From a virus (lineage: Duplodnaviria > Caudoviricetes): DNA of 38,023 bases. The stretch lies in IMG/VR virus record IMGVR_UViG_3300010218_000024, positions 1 to 38,023 of that record; one strand, 5' to 3'. Under the pieces are notes generated by a model. That model saw only the letters and a list, made by a program, of their open reading frames with translations. It ran no database searches and had not been told where the DNA came from. Made by a program: the position numbers and the translations under genes. Shown piece by piece: positions 1 to 8,618 of this stretch. Numbering within the stretch: position 1 is the first letter of the stretch; each line of letters starts with the position of its first letter.

Positions 1-26
1 GCCCCGCTGTCCCCGATCTTGACCAC

Positions 27-119
27 ATGAACGTTCCACGCGAAATCAACGCCGATGCGGCCAAACGCCTCGCGACCGAAAAGCACACCCCAATGATGCA
101 GCAGTACATTTCCCTATGA
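27..119 (+). pseudogene. mutS: Native 5' end of host mutS, truncated by prophage insertion (30-codon stub)
   Basis: ATG27 reads MNVPREINADAAKRLATEKHTPMMQQY then ISL-stop in phage DNA; TPMMQQY is the conserved MutS N-terminal motif. Confidence 0.9.
84..107 (+). repeat. att core, left junction: CACACCCCAATGATGCAGCAGTAC
   Basis: 23/24 identical to 37960-37983. Confidence 0.95.
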
Positions 120-141
120 AGAACTGAACGTTTTTGGCAAT

Positions 142-161
142 GCTACGCCAAAAGCTACGCC
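142..161. promoter_or_regulatory. Putative integrase arm-type sites, GCTACGCC x2 (142-149, 154-161)
   Basis: Same 8-mer recurs as GGCGTAGC/ACTACGCC at 37747-37816 near the other att core. Confidence 0.7.
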
Positions 162-318
162 TGTTGACCTCGCTCCACCATTGTCATCTGCCGGGTGCTC
201 GCGGAACCGGCGCGGCGGCATCGAAGATGCCGAACTGGTCAACTTGCAGAGTTGACGGCGCCCAAGTTGTCGTAAACCTAACACGCCCACTATGTCCTCA
301 TCGACAACAGGAGGGCAT

Positions 319-747
319 ATGGGCAACGTGGTCTATACGGGGGAAATCGAGAAACTGGAAGGGCATGCGTCGTACGGCGACGGCGGATGCGTCGCGCTCG
401 TGCAGCGGCTGACGAGCGCCGGGCACACAAGCACGTGGAAGCGCGGGCCGCGTGTAGTCGACCTGCGCTCCCTTGCTCCGGGCACGGTGATCGCCAATTT
501 CGAACCCGATGGCAAAGGCGGCTTCCGCTTTCCAAACAAGAAGGGTTCACACGCTGCATTGTTCATGGGGTTCGGAGGGCGCAGCATTACCAGCGGCCGG
601 GCGACGTCGATTATCGTCATGGATCAGTGGGTCGGGCAGCGCGTCCACTCCAGGCCTATCAGGGCTTACGGCGATCGCCCCTACCAGCCGGGCGCCGGCC
701 ACCACGACAGCGACAATGCGGATCAGTTCTATGTGGTGATGAAATGA
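319..747 (+). CDS. Peptidoglycan amidase effector-like protein (Tae2/Tae3-type, BPSL0067-like, NlpC/P60 fold)
   Basis: AGGAGG RBS at 309-314; GCVALVQ (Cys), TWKRG, GTVIANF, HAALF (His), VMDQW and DNADQFYVV motifs; no signal peptide. Confidence 0.8.
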   Translation: MGNVVYTGEIEKLEGHASYGDGGCVALVQRLTSAGHTSTWKRGPRVVDLRSLAPGTVIANFEPDGKGGFRFPNKKGSHAALFMGFGGRSITSGRATSIIVMDQWVGQRVHSRPIRAYGDRPYQPGAGHHDSDNADQFYVVMK

Positions 748-1148
748 GGCGCGCGCTTCTGCTTTGCACGATCCTGGCGCCGTCCGTGCATGCACAGGTC
801 ATCGAGTGCCCGAAGTCCTACCCTTCGACGGACACGGCTCTGGCCGAGGTGCCGTACCAGCACAAGGGACGGGGCTTCGTCGCCAAGTCCCCGCTGCGCA
901 ACGCCCTCATGTACGCGGGCGAGATCAACGGCAAACAGGCGTTGGTCGGCGAGCCCCACAAGGTGAAGGGCGGCCGAGACCTGCACCATGGCTTCGAGCC
1001 GGGTGAGAGCAAGTGGCTCGTCTGCTTCTACGGCGAGGACAGGACGATCGCATGGTGGGAACAGATCGACCCGAGGGTGACCAACTGCGTCGTGCAGGTT
1101 CGCGAAGGTCGGAGCACCCCGATGACCGTCAGGGCGACGTGCAAGTAG
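744..1148 (+). CDS. Putative cognate periplasmic immunity protein (Tai / STY0301-like)
   Basis: ATGA overlap with the amidase gene; signal peptide MRRALLLCTILAPSVHA; CP, WLVCFY and two further Cys in the mature part. Confidence 0.7.
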   Translation: MRRALLLCTILAPSVHAQVIECPKSYPSTDTALAEVPYQHKGRGFVAKSPLRNALMYAGEINGKQALVGEPHKVKGGRDLHHGFEPGESKWLVCFYGEDRTIAWWEQIDPRVTNCVVQVREGRSTPMTVRATCK

Positions 1149-1277
1149 TACCAGCGGGCGTCGGGCTGGGTGGGGCTGGCTGCGGCCGCGGTGCCGGCGG
1201 CACGATGACCGGCTGACCCTCTACCACGCGCAGCACCAGCTCGGGCGCGCGGCCAGGGCGATGATGTGCAGGTCCAT
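1129..1277 (-). pseudogene. Small Pro-rich gene after Rz, apparently frameshifted by one base
   Basis: TGATG-coupled to the Rz stop; MDLHII then, in another frame, PGRAPELVLRVVEGQPVIVPPAPRP...; span is 149 nt, one short of a codon multiple. Confidence 0.4.
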
Positions 1278-1765
1278 CAGGGCACCATGCCTTCGTCCTT
1301 GAGCACGGCCTGGCACGAACGCCCCGTGGCCAGGTCTTCCTCGACCTGCAGCTTCAGCGCTCTAATATCTCGCTCAGCGTCTTGTCGAACCAGCCTGCCG
1401 GGTGGATCGGCTTCGTTGCTGCCGCCGGCGCTTTGCGCTTCGGTGGGGGCGGCAGGTCGGTCACCACATAACGCGGAGCCGACGTACACGCGACGAGTAA
1501 CAATGCGCTCGCGCACAGGCTGAATTTCTTCATGATTTTTCTCCGTAATGGTTGCGTTGCTTGCCACCTGGTGGACGGCCGTCGTAGCGTTTTCGCGCGT
1601 GCGCTTCACCACGGCAGCGGCGTCGGCTGCAGCGCGCTCGGCGATCGCTGCAGCGTGTCCCGCGTCGTATCGTTCGGCGCCATAGTGGCGCAGGCCAAGC
1701 CATCCCCCCACCGTAAGCAGCACCGCCAGCACGACGCCGATCAGCAGGTCTCCGATGCGGCTCAT
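1277..1765 (-). CDS. Rz: Inner-membrane spanin (Rz-like)
   Basis: N-terminal transmembrane helix, Ala-rich helical region, follows endolysin, hosts a nested lipoprotein gene. Confidence 0.85.
   Translation of the reverse strand: MSRIGDLLIGVVLAVLLTVGGWLGLRHYGAERYDAGHAAAIAERAAADAAAVVKRTRENATTAVHQVASNATITEKNHEEIQPVRERIVTRRVYVGSALCGDRPAAPTEAQSAGGSNEADPPGRLVRQDAERDIRALKLQVEEDLATGRSCQAVLKDEGMVP
1354..1533 (-). CDS. Rz1: Outer-membrane spanin lipoprotein (Rz1-like), nested in Rz, 59 aa, absent from the ORF track
   Basis: MKKFSLCASALLLVAC lipobox followed by Pro-rich TSAPRYVVTDLPPPPKRK...; GGAG RBS; alternative frame of Rz. Confidence 0.9.
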   Translation of the reverse strand: MKKFSLCASALLLVACTSAPRYVVTDLPPPPKRKAPAAATKPIHPAGWFDKTLSEILER

Positions 1766-2289
1766 ACGATGACCTTCCGCGCCTCGGCATAGAAGTTGAG
1801 ACGCTCCTGTAGGCCATTCTTGCCGCCATTGATGCGCCGGCAGATCTCGACCTGTTCACCTGCATCTGCCAGCGCATTCAAACCGTGCTTGCGCCAGAAC
1901 CACGCCGCCGACCGCGCAGCCAGCGTCGGCCCTTCGAGCAGCTCCGGAAAGCTCAACAAATCGAATCCCAGCATCGCGCCGCACGTCCTGTAGTTCGCGC
2001 GGCCGGTGATCTGGATCAGGCCGCGGCCGCGATAGCGGAAGCCATCGCCCGGGTACGTGTTGCCGAGATCGACACGGCCTTCATATCCGCGCTGCGCCGG
2101 CGTCGGTCCCCACATCTCGCGAGTGAAACGCAGTTGGCCACTTTCGTGCGCGATCTGGGCAATGAAGCTGGCTTGGCGCTGCGGCGTGTCGATGCCGAAC
2201 TCGGCCATCGCGGACGTCAACGGCGTGGCGAAGAGGTCGGCCAGCTTGCGGGCGAGCGGCATGATGCTGCGGAGGTCGTCGGCGTCCAT
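1762..2289 (-). CDS. Endolysin, glycoside hydrolase family 19
   Basis: FIAQIAHESG, GDGFRYRGRGLIQITGRANY, SAAWFW, RRINGG motifs; start MDADDL coupled to the holin stop. Confidence 0.93.
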   Translation of the reverse strand: MDADDLRSIMPLARKLADLFATPLTSAMAEFGIDTPQRQASFIAQIAHESGQLRFTREMWGPTPAQRGYEGRVDLGNTYPGDGFRYRGRGLIQITGRANYRTCGAMLGFDLLSFPELLEGPTLAARSAAWFWRKHGLNALADAGEQVEICRRINGGKNGLQERLNFYAEARKVIV

Positions 2290-2702
2290 TAGATCGCATC
2301 CTTCACGGCTTTCGCAGCTTGCGCGCCGTCCGCGATGATCTGCGTGATATCGGCGTCGCGGCGCTTGTCGATGTAGATGAACAGCGCGCGGATGATCAGC
2401 CAGGCCGGCAGGCCGCACGCGAATGCGATGCCAAACATGCCCACTAGGCCGAAGACGTCGTCCGCCCAGCGCTGCAGGCCGAGCCAGCTGATCAGCGCAG
2501 CGCCGCCGCCGATCGAGCCGGCCAGCGTGCACAGCAGGGCAATGCGCCACTCTTGGTCCGTCTTAGGCTTCGTCATCGACATGACGATGTAGGCCGCCAG
2601 GCCCGCGCCGACGCCGGTACCAGCGAGGCTGCCGATTACCTTCCAGCCTGCTACGCCGGCGGCTGCGCCGGAAATGGGTTCGCTCATGTTTTGGACTTTC
2701 AT
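2289..2702 (-). CDS. Putative holin
   Basis: Three hydrophobic segments, charged C-terminus, directly upstream of endolysin; second possible start at 2687. Confidence 0.75.
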   Translation of the reverse strand: MKVQNMSEPISGAAAGVAGWKVIGSLAGTGVGAGLAAYIVMSMTKPKTDQEWRIALLCTLAGSIGGGAALISWLGLQRWADDVFGLVGMFGIAFACGLPAWLIIRALFIYIDKRRDADITQIIADGAQAAKAVKDAI

Positions 2703-2734
2703 AGTTGGATAGGCGGGTGAAGATGGTTATCAGC

Positions 2735-4615
2735 TCAGGTCGTCATGTGCCAAACGGCGCTGCCGAACACATAAGCAACCGCCTCGTTTGACTTCAACGT
2801 GAACGCGACCGCCCCACGGTTAAGGATGAACCCCGCCGAATTGTTATTGATGATGAGGTCGTTCACAGTGTCGTTTATGATTGTCAAGCGATACCCGCGC
2901 GGGAACCGGGTGCCGTTCGGCATTTCGCGTGCGATGGTGCTGACAGTTGCGCCAACATCAGGAAGAGCACGAACAAAGGATTCCTTATTTCGGCCATCCC
3001 ATACCGGCGTGATGGTCTGAGCAATTCCGATGATAGTCGGCTCGGAATACCCGTCACGCGGAATGCCGACACCTGAAATCTGGAACTTCCCCTGCCCGAT
3101 CCAGTTAGCCGTATATCCGTTGTTGAGCGTGATCCCGGCCAAGTTTGTCGCGCTGTAGGCAATTACCAAATCCGTATTGTCAATGCTGAAACTGGCGACG
3201 CCGGGACCGATATTGATGGCGTCTTGTACGTTGGGCGAATCTGCTGTAAGCGAACCATACAGCCCGTTGACGCTGATTGAATTAATCGTGCCAGAGGTAT
3301 CCAGAACACGCCCGGAAACGTTCGTGGCCGAGCCGTTACCGATCCTCACGGAATAGATCGCGCCAGCACCTGCGGAAATCAGGAAGCCGGTTTCAACGCC
3401 CGTAATAGCATAGTTGCTCACCACCATTTCATTAACTGCCACTCCGGTCGAACCGTTCACGTCAACATAGATTCCCCGCGTGGAATTTTTCCCGACCAGA
3501 TTGGCGATGTTGATGCGCTCCAGCTGGGCATCGAAAGACATAACGCGGATGAGGTTCGAGGTCGCTCCAGCAATGCCTTCCACGATGATGTTCTCGGCGT
3601 TCACCGAGTCACAATCGCCGAACTGTGTGTCTGCCTTGAAGATAACGCCATCGAGTCCCGAGGATTTGGAATGAATCGTGCCGATATTCAAGCGCTGCAC
3701 TTTTAGGGCAATGGGGAAATTACCTTTGCAGCCAACTAGCCTGTCAATGTGGGCGTCGTAATAGCCCTCAACAAGCACGGCATGGAAGGCGTCGGCCGGG
3801 TCTCGGCACAGGCCAACGACTTCGGTTAATCGCGCGGTGCCGTTTCTGTTCACGCCCGCCGATGGCGCCAGCCTGGCGCTGATGGCTAGCGCGTTGCCTG
3901 CGGTGTCTGGGAATGCGGCAGAGCCATGGTCAACACCAATTTTGCTCAGGGAGACGTTCTTGCCCCTTAGCTTGAACGTGCCAACGATGATCGTCCCGTT
4001 CTCAAGCGCAGTTTCATCCCCGTTGATGTTCGGCATTTTTTCGCCAACGATGCAGATATTGTCCGTGTCGTTCTGCGCATCTGTGTATTTGTAACGGCCT
4101 ACCGGCATGTACAAGACAAGTCCACGCTGCGCGGTGTATGCAATGCCGGCATTGATGGCCGCAGTGTCGTCGGTTACGCCGTCGCCCGTGGCGTTATATG
4201 GTGCGTCCATGACGTTGATAACGGCGTGGTCGAGTCGATCCTGGACCGTGCCGCCTTGTTCCACGCCGATCAGGGACGAACCGGTAGATACAGAAAGTTC
4301 CTCCCGCGTAGCTCCTTGATGGACAGTAACCTTGCCTGCCGCCTGATCCGCATCAACTGTCGTCGATACGTGGTCGACCAAGGCGACGTATGCGATGCCC
4401 CCGCTAACGTAGACATCCTTCGTCGCGTACAACGTACCGCCAGCGAATGCGCCGCGCAGGTTAAACGCCTTGAGCGAATTGATCGCCCCCGTGACGGTAA
4501 GTTTGGTTCTTCCGAGCCGATCAACGGCAGTGTCATTAATCGATGTCGCTATTTCGGCGATGTAATCGAGGTCCTTCTTGCCGTTATTAAGGTCGTTGAT
4601 ATTCAAGGCCGGCAT
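2735..4615 (-). CDS. Tailspike / receptor-binding protein with right-handed beta-helix (putative polysaccharide depolymerase)
   Basis: Phage anchor-like N-terminus (DLNNGKKDLD...DRLGR), pectate-lyase-3-like YNATGDGVTDDTAAINA motif, Asn/Gly/Ile-rich beta repeats. Confidence 0.8.
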   Translation of the reverse strand: MPALNINDLNNGKKDLDYIAEIATSINDTAVDRLGRTKLTVTGAINSLKAFNLRGAFAGGTLYATKDVYVSGGIAYVALVDHVSTTVDADQAAGKVTVHQGATREELSVSTGSSLIGVEQGGTVQDRLDHAVINVMDAPYNATGDGVTDDTAAINAGIAYTAQRGLVLYMPVGRYKYTDAQNDTDNICIVGEKMPNINGDETALENGTIIVGTFKLRGKNVSLSKIGVDHGSAAFPDTAGNALAISARLAPSAGVNRNGTARLTEVVGLCRDPADAFHAVLVEGYYDAHIDRLVGCKGNFPIALKVQRLNIGTIHSKSSGLDGVIFKADTQFGDCDSVNAENIIVEGIAGATSNLIRVMSFDAQLERINIANLVGKNSTRGIYVDVNGSTGVAVNEMVVSNYAITGVETGFLISAGAGAIYSVRIGNGSATNVSGRVLDTSGTINSISVNGLYGSLTADSPNVQDAINIGPGVASFSIDNTDLVIAYSATNLAGITLNNGYTANWIGQGKFQISGVGIPRDGYSEPTIIGIAQTITPVWDGRNKESFVRALPDVGATVSTIAREMPNGTRFPRGYRLTIINDTVNDLIINNNSAGFILNRGAVAFTLKSNEAVAYVFGSAVWHMTT

Positions 4616-4636
4616 GCAAATCCTTTTGTCTAGATG

Positions 4637-4659
4637 AAAAAAAAGCGCCTTGGGCGCTT
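4637..4659 (-). terminator. Intrinsic terminator upstream of the tailspike gene
   Basis: AAGCGCC/GGCGCTT stem followed by a T-run on the minus strand. Confidence 0.6.
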
Positions 4660-4678
4660 AATCGGTTACTACCTTTTT

Positions 4679-5155
4679 TTACGAACCTATACGACTGCTG
4701 ACCGCTGCCGCTCGCATGCTGTTCAGAAGCGTAATCGCTGTAGGCAGATCAGTTGCCTCCGGAGGCAGCGGATGCCCAACGGCCTCAGCCGGCGAAAATT
4801 CCAAGGCAGCTTCGATCTGGGCGGCCGTGAAGCCCGTCAGCCCCGCCCCACTACCCGCGAACGAGGTTGCGCTGAGCTGGCCCGTCGCAGGATTGAACGA
4901 AAGCTTCGTGCTGGACACATACTGGGGGAGGTTTCCGATGCCTGCCTTAACCCAAGGGAGATACACAAGCGCATTGGTCACATTGTCGTCCGTAATCTCG
5001 ACCCGACCGGACAGCCGAATCACGACGCCGTCATACCCTTTCGAGTAAAGCCTAAAATCCGTCAGATTGGCGGCGAGCCCACCAACGATGATCTCCGCGG
5101 GCAGGGGCACTTTATCCACCACCACGCTATGAGGGACCTGAACCTGCTCAACCAT
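4679..5155 (-). CDS. Short tail-fibre-like protein
   Basis: Position between hub and tailspike; VSSTKLSFNPATGQLSATSFAGSGAGLTG resembles fibre shaft motifs. Confidence 0.5.
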   Translation of the reverse strand: MVEQVQVPHSVVVDKVPLPAEIIVGGLAANLTDFRLYSKGYDGVVIRLSGRVEITDDNVTNALVYLPWVKAGIGNLPQYVSSTKLSFNPATGQLSATSFAGSGAGLTGFTAAQIEAALEFSPAEAVGHPLPPEATDLPTAITLLNSMRAAAVSSRIGS

Positions 5156-5164
5156 ATCTCACCC

Positions 5165-7744
5165 TTAAAAATTGATGATCTCGGCGCTACTCGGAATCGG
5201 TGTGTAGTCCGCAGCGTAATAGTCGGCCGAATAGTTGATGGCCCTGATCGTGACGTACTGCGGGTCGGAGAGATCCATCTCCTGCACCAGGTAAGCCTGC
5301 GCACCGCGTGCACTATCGGCCGCGAAGCTATAGATCGTCCGAATACCATCCGACCCATAGCTCGTCACGATCTCCTCGCTGGGCAACGCCTGCAGGATGA
5401 CCTGGTTCGGCTCCGCACTAGCCCTGCAGGCGATGCTCTGCAACGAGCCATCCCGGCGCATCAGGACGATGCTGTGCGGCTGGCCCGGCACGAAGGCCAC
5501 GTCACCGCTTAGCGTCAGCGTGAGCCCATCCTGTCCCACCACTTCACCGTCGTACGACTTGAAGCGCGTGTTGTCGACGATGTCGATCCGTGCGTTCGGC
5601 AGCAACGAGCGTGCATCTGTCGTCGTCGTGGTCTCGATGGTGATGCGCTGACCGAGCAGCTTGCGATACTCCCGGTTCGCCCGCAGCCAAGCCTGGGCGA
5701 ACGAGCGAATGCCGGCGATCTCGAATTTCTTCGCCTTCGTATGCGAGCCGTCGAGCGGCAGCGTGATCGTCTCCGACTGGCCGGTGTCTGGATCGGCGTA
5801 CACGAACTCCACGCCGTCATAGTCCGAGTCCGATGCGAACGTGCGCGTGATCGTCTCCGCCTTCGGCTTCTTGTTCCGATGCGTGAACAGCGCGGTGCTG
5901 TTCGCCTGAGCCTGGTCGAATGCCAGCCGGATCTTGCCGTTCTGCCGGTACGCGATGCAGAAGCCGGCGTTGGCGATCATGACCACGGCCTCCTCGAAGC
6001 TGGTGTTGTCCGTGTCGAAGGTATAGTTGAAGTGCCCACACTCGGGATTCCACGCATCGAGCGCCTGCTGCACGCCCCAGATCTGCTTCATATCGACCTC
6101 GGACGCCAGATCGCGCCGCCCGATCTTGGGGTCGATCGCCACTGCGGCAATGATGTCGACCAGCCTCGATGTGGCCGCGATAGTTCCCGACACGAGACGG
6201 CCATCGTCGCCGAGCGCGCCGGAGAACGATGCGCCGTTATAGATCGGGAGCTTGCGCGACGCCAGGCAGTTCAGCTGACGGGTCTTCACAGCCGTGGCGC
6301 GCGCCGTTGCCTGCGTCACCGTGTGCACGGTGGTCTTGTTCCCGAACTCCGCTTTCGATACCGGCGACACGCTGTAGAGATCAGTCCATTTGATCTCGTC
6401 GACCACCGTCCCCTTGAAGTCGAAGTCGAACGGCGTGGTCCGGTACATCCGCACGCGCGCCGGCCCGGCCCAGCCGGTCACATGTTCGACCGTCACGGCC
6501 CGCTCGTCCTGCACCGCTCCCGACAGCGAGGCGGTAACGGTCTCGACGGTGCCAGTCGGCGTCAGGTCCGCGGCCAGACGCTCGATTTGAATGGTGAAGT
6601 TGACGGCCGTGATCAGCTTGCCGTTGTCGTCCTTGAACATGCCGTTCTGAGCAACCACGTTGCACCACACTTCGGTCCGGTCCGCCTCCGGCAGCGTTAC
6701 CCAGTCCGTGACGTACGTGGCACCCACAATGGTGATCGCGCTGTCGACCTCCTTCTCGGCTGGCCAGCTGGCCGTGGTCAGCGTGATCACGCCATCGTCG
6801 ACCGCGGCGACCGTATACGTGCCCGAATAGTTATACGGGCCCGCGACGACAGTTTCGTCGACCTTCGACCCGTCGTAATCGAGGCCGGCGTACGTGGTTT
6901 TGTTAAAGCCTGCCATCACGACCGTGATCTGATCCCCGACGTCGATCACCGAATTGAAGTTCGGCTTCTTGTCGATCTGCGTGATCGTGTCGCCTCCGGC
7001 CGCCGGCGTGTAGCGGTACTTCGCACTGGCCGGCAGCTGCACCTGGTTGACCGCCTTGAGCGTGATCCCGTCGACCTCGATGGCCCGCTTCGCGGTCACG
7101 ACGGCGTCACCGATCGGATCTCCGATCTGCAGCATTGGAGTGCCGCTGTTCGGCGACGTGAATGGGGCGTAGAAGGCCGCGCTGGCGCCATCGATGTCGG
7201 CGATCAGCGTGTCGCCGTCGCGCACCTCGTCGATGTCGTAGTAGCCGCGACCGACGCAGTAGTAGCCATATTCGAACTTCGAGTGCTGGATGTACTTGCT
7301 ATATGTCGGCATCATCAACGACGGGATCGACTTGACCGTGCCGTAGATGTCCTCGACGCGCTCGAGCAGCCGCACCTTGTTCTCGCGGTTGCCAAGCGCG
7401 TTATTGGGGCTCTGCTGGGTCCGGTTCACGTTGCTGGGCATGACCGGCTTCGGCATCAGTACGATCGCCGCCACAGCAATGATCGCCGAGACGATGGCGA
7501 TCACCGCGTAGTACTGCGCACCGGGGCTTTGCAGCACCACATACTCGGCGCAGTCGCCGGCAAGGATGGCCCGGGCATCGCGGCTGATCTCGGTCTCGGC
7601 GCAGGGTTCGCCCCGGAATATCTGGACCGTAACGTCCGGCGCCGGTCCGTAGTGGTCCAGCAGCCATTCCGCCAGGCTCGGGACTTCGAACACCCGGGGC
7701 GCCGCTGGTGCGAACGGGGAATCGTATAAGCGGATGCGGATCAT
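5165..7744 (-). CDS. Tail tip / central hub protein (TipJ-like host specificity factor)
   Basis: 859 aa, SPNNALGNRENKVR...DIYG motif, position after the NlpC tail gene. Confidence 0.85.
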   Translation of the reverse strand: MIRIRLYDSPFAPAAPRVFEVPSLAEWLLDHYGPAPDVTVQIFRGEPCAETEISRDARAILAGDCAEYVVLQSPGAQYYAVIAIVSAIIAVAAIVLMPKPVMPSNVNRTQQSPNNALGNRENKVRLLERVEDIYGTVKSIPSLMMPTYSKYIQHSKFEYGYYCVGRGYYDIDEVRDGDTLIADIDGASAAFYAPFTSPNSGTPMLQIGDPIGDAVVTAKRAIEVDGITLKAVNQVQLPASAKYRYTPAAGGDTITQIDKKPNFNSVIDVGDQITVVMAGFNKTTYAGLDYDGSKVDETVVAGPYNYSGTYTVAAVDDGVITLTTASWPAEKEVDSAITIVGATYVTDWVTLPEADRTEVWCNVVAQNGMFKDDNGKLITAVNFTIQIERLAADLTPTGTVETVTASLSGAVQDERAVTVEHVTGWAGPARVRMYRTTPFDFDFKGTVVDEIKWTDLYSVSPVSKAEFGNKTTVHTVTQATARATAVKTRQLNCLASRKLPIYNGASFSGALGDDGRLVSGTIAATSRLVDIIAAVAIDPKIGRRDLASEVDMKQIWGVQQALDAWNPECGHFNYTFDTDNTSFEEAVVMIANAGFCIAYRQNGKIRLAFDQAQANSTALFTHRNKKPKAETITRTFASDSDYDGVEFVYADPDTGQSETITLPLDGSHTKAKKFEIAGIRSFAQAWLRANREYRKLLGQRITIETTTTTDARSLLPNARIDIVDNTRFKSYDGEVVGQDGLTLTLSGDVAFVPGQPHSIVLMRRDGSLQSIACRASAEPNQVILQALPSEEIVTSYGSDGIRTIYSFAADSARGAQAYLVQEMDLSDPQYVTIRAINYSADYYAADYTPIPSSAEIINF

Positions 7745-8112
7745 GCTGCGCGCGCCCAGAATTCAATCACGCCGTAGGCGTCGCGGATTACCGACATCTC
7801 CTCGTAGCGGTTGCCGGCATCGAGCGCGTGCAGCACCTTCCCCTGGTAGAACACGCCGCAGTGATGCAGGCCCATCGCGGCCGTCTTGCCCATCAGGACG
7901 ACGCAGTAATCGGCCGGCTCCGCGATCTGGGCAAAGCCTTCGGGCGACTTGTGCAGGGCGATGCGGAAGGCGCTGGCGATCGCGCGGATCGACGTGTTGA
8001 CGGTCTTGTAGTCCGTGACCGGCAAGGCCAGCTCGGAAGTGTAGACGTCTGCAACCAGCTGCCAGCAAGGCGGCGTGTCGTACTGCCTTGCCAGATAATC
8101 GTTGATATTCAT
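7741..8112 (-). CDS. Tail assembly protein, NlpC/P60-like (gpK-like)
   Basis: CWQLVADVY and HCGVF...VLHA motifs; synteny. Confidence 0.8.
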   Translation of the reverse strand: MNINDYLARQYDTPPCWQLVADVYTSELALPVTDYKTVNTSIRAIASAFRIALHKSPEGFAQIAEPADYCVVLMGKTAAMGLHHCGVFYQGKVLHALDAGNRYEEMSVIRDAYGVIEFWARAA

Positions 8113-8618
8113 TACAGGAATCCTCTCAACATCGGGATGTCTTTCGGTGCGTAGAGTTCGCCGGTGCGGCTCATGTTCAGGCGCGGCGACACGGCGCTGA
8201 CGCTGGCCGCGCCAAGGGCATACGAAATGCTCTCGGCCTGCAGCACCGCCGTCGCCTGCGCCGTCGTCAGGTCGTCGCTCAAGTATTCGCGATACACGAG
8301 CTTGATCTTCTCCGTCGTGTCGACCGGGATCCGGTCCAGCTGCTCGCGGAACTCGTCCTCGATGTCGACCAAGCCGATCCGGATGTCGAACTTCTGGTCG
8401 AGATGCCCTTCGTTGCCGGCCAGTTTGATCTCGATGTTGCAGGGATCCATATCGACCAGCACGCCATCAACGACCGTCTGGCCGGCGTAGGGCTCGCGCC
8501 AGAGGTGGTAGGTCTTGCTCATGGCCGAGTGGCTGATCTGCAGCGTCGCAATCGTCCAGATCGTCTGCGGCGCCGACGCGAGGAAGCGGCGCAGACGCGT
8601 TTCAAGGTCGAGGCTCAT
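8112..8618 (-). CDS. Minor tail protein (DUF1833 / gpL-position)
   Basis: Start MSLDLETRL coupled to the upstream stop; TLQISHS, YREYLSDDL and ELYAPKDIPML motifs. Confidence 0.75.
   Translation of the reverse strand: MSLDLETRLRRFLASAPQTIWTIATLQISHSAMSKTYHLWREPYAGQTVVDGVLVDMDPCNIEIKLAGNEGHLDQKFDIRIGLVDIEDEFREQLDRIPVDTTEKIKLVYREYLSDDLTTAQATAVLQAESISYALGAASVSAVSPRLNMSRTGELYAPKDIPMLRGFL

Noticed and set aside
2735-4615. Diversity-generating retroelement target in the tailspike
   Set aside because: No reverse transcriptase gene and no template/variable repeat pair seen
5741-7729. 662-aa plus-strand ORF, and similar long antisense ORFs such as 19567-21066, 15521-16741 and 23910-25067
   Set aside because: Shadow frames opposite well-supported genes in high-GC DNA; no recognisable motifs
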